DNA of 11,924 nucleotides from a virus (Duplodnaviria; Heunggongvirae; Uroviricota; Caudoviricetes): IMG/VR virus record IMGVR_UViG_2526164647_000012; one strand, 5' to 3'. Shown piece by piece: positions 7,143 to 11,924 of this stretch (position 1 is its first letter; each line of letters starts with the position of its first letter). The notes under the pieces were generated by a model. It saw only the letters and a program-made list of their open reading frames with translations, ran no database searches and was not told where the DNA came from. The position numbers and the translations under genes were made by a program.

Positions 7143-8420
7143 TGGAGTGACCCCCATATATCCCTTACCGACGCAAAAATCCGCACCCTCAAGCCTTCTG
7201 ATAAACCCTTTAAAGTCTCCGATTCTCACGGTCTGTATCTGCTGGTCAAGCCGGGTGGCTCCCGCCACTGGTATCTCAAATACCGTATTAGCGGTAAAGA
7301 ATCCCGCATTGCGCTGGGTGCCTATCCAGCCATCTCCCTGTCTGATGCGCGACAGCAACGTGAAGGTATCCGTAAAATGCTGGCGCTGAATATCAACCCG
7401 GTACAGCAGCGGGCTGCTGAACGTGGCTCACGAACACCGGAGAAAGTTTTTAAAAACATGGCGCTGGCGTGACATAAAAGTAACAGGAAATGGTCGCAGA
7501 ACACCGCCGACCGTCTGCTTGCCAGCCTGAACAATCACATCTTTCCGGTCATCGGGAACCTACCTGTATCAGAACTTAAACCCCGTCATTTCATTGACCT
7601 GCTGAAAGGGATCGAGGAAAAAGGTCTGCTGGAGGTTGCGTCCCGCACACGGCAGCACCTGAGTAACATAATGCGCCATGCGGTCCATCAGGAGTTAATC
7701 GATACGAACCCTGCAGCAAACCTTGGCGGCGTGACCACACCTCCTGTCAGACGGCACTATCCTGCCCTGCCGCTGGAGCGGCTGCCTGAACTGCTTGAAC
7801 GTATTGGGGCATATCATCAGGGCCGTGAACTGACCCGGCATGCCGTTCTGCTGATGCTGCATGTGTTCATTCGCTCCAGTGAACTGCGTTTCGCCCGCTG
7901 GTCAGAGATTGATTTCACAAACCGAGTCTGGACGATACCCGCGACGCGAGAACCCATTATTGGCGTGCGTTATTCCGGCCGCGGGGCAAAAATGCGAATG
8001 CCGCATATCGTCCCCCTCTCAGAACAGTCCATCGCCATTCTGAAACAGATTAAGGATATCACCGGTAATAATGAACTGATCTTCCCCGGCGACCATAACC
8101 CGTATAAGCCAATGTGTGAAAACACGGTCAATAAGGCACTGCGGGTGATGGGTTACGACACGAAAAAGGATATCTGCGGTCACGGCTTCCGGGCAATGGC
8201 ATGCAGTGCGCTGATGGAATCGGGTTTATGGGCAAAGGACGCAGTAGAACGCCAGATGAGTCATCAGGAGCGCAATACCGTGCGCATGGCTTATATTCAT
8301 AAGGCAGAGCACCTGGAAGCCCGCAAAGCGATGATGCAGTGGTGGTCGGATTATCTGGAAGCATGCCGAGAATCTTATGCACCGCCTTATACAATTGGTA
8401 AAAATAAGTTTATCCCATAG
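7143..8420 (+). pseudogene. int: P4-type integrase of an asn-tRNA island (HPI-like int), inactivated by in-frame TGA at 7470-7472 and lacking a start codon
   Basis: Single frame reads ISLTDAKIRTLKPSDKPFKVSDSHGLYLLVKPGGSRHWYLKYRISGKE...ALA*HKSNRKWSQNTADRLL... then continues as ORF 7671-8420 with catalytic domain; no ATG/GTG/TTG at the N-terminus (ATA where ATG expected). Confidence 0.85.
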
Positions 8421-8526
8421 TATACTAACGAATCCCACACTCTGGCAAATTACCACCACCTCTACAGGAGGTGGTTCTATATAGACTTTTATCAACTTCA
8501 TGACGAAAAACACCTATTTGAAGTGG

Positions 8527-9695
<1,169 letters not shown>

Positions 9696-9767
9696 TGGAG
9701 CACCTGTGTTGTTCTGAGGTGAGCATATCACCTCTGTTCAGGTGGCCAAATTCAGTGTGCCACTTCA

Positions 9768-10257
9768 GGTACTGGGAGCATTGTGGGTGCGCAATGGCAT
9801 GGAGGAGTCCGCGGAATTTGAACAACAGCAACATAATCAAGCGGCCGCGAAAAAACGCATCCCGGTTATCGAAGCTCTGTTACGACATCCCGGTGCTTTC
9901 CTGAAGATTATTGCACTACGACTGTGCGAGTTGCTGACGATGTACATTGTTACTGCCTTTGCACTTAATTATTCAACCCAGAATATGGGGTTACCGCGCG
10001 AACTTTTCCTTAATATTGGTTTGCTGGTAGGTGGATTAAGCTGCCTGACAATTCCCTGTTTTGCCTGGCTTGCCGATCGTTTTGGTCGGCGCAGGGTTTA
10101 TATCACAGGCGCGTTGATCGGAACGTTGAGCGCATTTCCTTTCTTTATGGCGCTTGAAGCACAATCTATTTTCTGGATAGTTTTCTTCTCCATAATGCTG
10201 GCAAACATTGCGCATGACATGGTGGTGTGTGTGCAACAACCGATGTTTACCGAAATG
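9768..10257 (+). pseudogene. shiA: Internal fragment of shikimate transporter gene shiA (MFS), cut by IS911 at 5' side and IS600 at 3' side
   Basis: Reading frame VLGALWVRNGMEESAEFEQQQHNQAAAKKRIPVIEALLRHPGAF...VCVQQPMFTEM matches the central part of an MFS shikimate/metabolite symporter; lacks both native N- and C-termini. Confidence 0.75.
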
Positions 10258-10321
10258 TGAGGTAGCCTGAGTTTAACGGACACTCCTTCCTGAAATAGAA
10301 TGGCATCAGAAGGAGCTAATA

Positions 10322-10609
10322 ATGAGCAGAAAAACCCGACGTTACTCTAAAGAGTTCAAAGCCGAAGCTGTCAGAACGGTTCTTGAAAATCAACTTTCGA
10401 TCAGTGAAGACGCTTCCCGATTATTCCTTCCTGAAGGCACTTTAGGACAATGGGTTACCGCCGCCAGAAAAGGGCTCGGTACTCCTGGTTCCCGCACGCT
10501 GGCTGAACTGGAATCTGAAATTCTGCAACTGCGTAAGGCGTTAAATGAAGCTCGCCTTGAGCGAGATATATTAAAAAAGCAACAGCGTATTTTGCACAGG
10601 AGTCGCTGA
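10322..10609 (+). CDS. IS600 OrfA
   Basis: MSRKTRRYSKEFKAEAVRTVLENQLSISEDASRLFLPEGTLGQWVTAARKG...; IS3-family HTH protein. Confidence 0.85.
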   Translation: MSRKTRRYSKEFKAEAVRTVLENQLSISEDASRLFLPEGTLGQWVTAARKGLGTPGSRTLAELESEILQLRKALNEARLERDILKKQQRILHRSR

Positions 10610-10658
10610 AAAATACGCGTTAATCGAACAATGGCGACAACAATTTCCCATTGAAGCG

Positions 10659-11477
10659 ATGTGTCAGGTATTTGGTGTATCCAGGAGCGGTTATTACAAC
10701 TGGGTACAGCATGAACCCTCAGACAGAAAACAAAGTGATGAGCGGCTAAAACTGGAGATTAAGGTGGCACATATCCGCACTCGCGAAACATATGGAACCC
10801 GGCGGCTCCAGACGGAGCTGGCAGAGAATGGCATCATCGTTGGTCGTGACCGACTGGCATGTCTTCGTAAGGAGCTGAGGCTACGCTGTAAGCAGAAACG
10901 CAAGTTCAGAGCGACTACGAACCCGAACCACAATCTGCCAGTTGCGCCAAATCTGCTGAACCAGACGTTCGCTCCTACAGCACCAAATCAGGTCTGGGTG
11001 GCGGACCTGACGTATGTTGCCACACAGGAGGGATGGTTGTACCTCGCTGGCATCAAAGATGTTTATACGTGCGAAATTGTCGGCTACGCCATGGGAGAGC
11101 GCATGACAAAAGAGCTGACAGGTAAAGCCCTGTTTATGGCGCTCAGGAGCCAGCGCCCACCTGCCGGGCTAATCCACCACTCTGATCGAGGTTCACAGTA
11201 CTGCGCATACGATTACCGGGTCATACAGGAGCAGTCTGGTCTGAAAACATCAATGTCGCGTAAAGGTAACTGTTACGACAACGCTCCGATGGAAAGCTTC
11301 TGGGGAACGCTGAAAAATGAGAGCCTGAGCCACTATCGTTTTAATAACCGGGATGAAGCCATCTCAGTAATACGGGAATACATTGAGATTTTCTACAATC
11401 GTCAGCGTCGTCACTCTCGTCTGGGGAATATCTCCCCGGCAGCCTTCAGGGAAAAATATCATCAGATGGCTGCTTAA
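10659..11477 (+). CDS. IS600 OrfB (DDE transposase part; normally fused to OrfA by -1 frameshift)
   Basis: ...[25 protein letters not shown]...[11 protein letters not shown]...[15 protein letters not shown]... DDE motif region. Confidence 0.85.
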   Translation: MCQVFGVSRSGYYNWVQHEPSDRKQSDERLKLEIKVAHIRTRETYGTRRLQTELAENGIIVGRDRLACLRKELRLRCKQKRKFRATTNPNHNLPVAPNLLNQTFAPTAPNQVWVADLTYVATQEGWLYLAGIKDVYTCEIVGYAMGERMTKELTGKALFMALRSQRPPAGLIHHSDRGSQYCAYDYRVIQEQSGLKTSMSRKGNCYDNAPMESFWGTLKNESLSHYRFNNRDEAISVIREYIEIFYNRQRRHSRLGNISPAAFREKYHQMAA

Positions 11478-11520
11478 AAAAAGAACAAATGGTAGTGTCC
11501 GCTATTGCCAGTACACCTCA

Positions 11521-11924
11521 ATATACGCGCGACAGGGCGTGGAGCTGAGCCGTAATACCATGGTGCGCAGGGTATCAGAAATGGCAGACAAACTCCGTCC
11601 TCTGTATATAGCGCTGAATGACTATGTTCTGGAGGCAGGAAAGGTGCACGCAGATGACACTCCGGTGAAAGTACTGGCCCCGGGGAACGGAAAGACGAAA
11701 ACGGGTCGTCTGTGGGTATACGTCAGGGATGATCGTAATGCGGGTTCATCCCTGCCGGCAGCCGTCTGGTTCGCGTATTCGGCAGATCGCAAAGGAGAAC
11801 ATCCGCAGCTCCACCTGGCAAAGTATCAGGGCGTACTGCAGGCTGATGCCTATGCAGGTTATAACGTACTGTACGAAACGGGCCGGGTGAAGGAAGCCGG
11901 GTGCCTGGCCCACGCCCGCCGAAA
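11521..11924 (+). pseudogene. IS66-family transposase (TnpC-like) fragment, 5'-truncated by IS600, continues beyond window end
   Basis: Open frame [17 protein letters not shown]...[34 protein letters not shown]...[42 protein letters not shown], characteristic of the IS66 TnpC catalytic core; begins abruptly at the IS600 end. Confidence 0.7.

Larger units (their letters stand above)
10258..11520 (+). mobile_element. IS600 (IS3 family), complete, 1263 bp
   Basis: Ends TGAGGTAGCCTGAGTTTAACGGACACT... and ...AGTGTCCGCTATTGCCAGTACACCTCA (imperfect IRs); orfA/orfB with A AAA AAG slippery heptamer near 10568; flanks ATG / ATA, no target-site duplication. Confidence 0.85.

Noticed and set aside
7147-7389. 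80-aa ORF at the start of the asnT-island integrase region
   Set aside because: Out-of-frame overlap with the integrase N-terminal coding sequence; the integrase frame gives the conserved motifs.
8128-8513. Minus-strand ORFs 8128-8394 and 8226-8513
   Set aside because: Antisense to the integrase catalytic domain and extending into the IS911 flank; Pro/Cys-rich chance frames.
9742-10260. 172-aa ORF with GTG start as an intact gene
   Set aside because: The start lies inside the IS911 terminal inverted repeat; the frame is a shiA internal fragment fused to IS sequence, not a native gene.

Overview
Mosaic, heavily decayed accessory region on an Escherichia/Shigella-type backbone (serU, mtfA, asnT, shiA). 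Left part (1-5812): remnant of a Qin-like lambdoid prophage integrated at tRNA-Ser (serU). On the minus strand it runs hok/mok type I toxin locus, Rem-like small protein, DUF968 (YdfU-like) protein, RusA, antiterminator Q, late promoter and terminator, a compact 4-tRNA array, then the 5' end of a pinholin gene. A 140-aa unknown ORF and a frameshifted lambdoid integrase abut serU; the whole early/immunity region is absent. Middle (5840-6996): host serU, mtfA, asnT. Right part (7143-11924): P4-type integrase at asnT inactivated by an in-frame stop, then IS911, an internal fragment of shiA, IS600, and a 5'-truncated IS66-family transposase. Neither IS911 nor IS600 has a target-site duplication, so both mark rearrangement junctions. 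No CRISPR array and no obvious complete novel multi-gene system was found; the best candidates for something undescribed are the 140-aa ORF, the prophage tRNA array with one atypical tRNA, and the AT-rich gap next to the hok locus. All identifications rest on reading the sequence and on recalled family knowledge; no database search was run.
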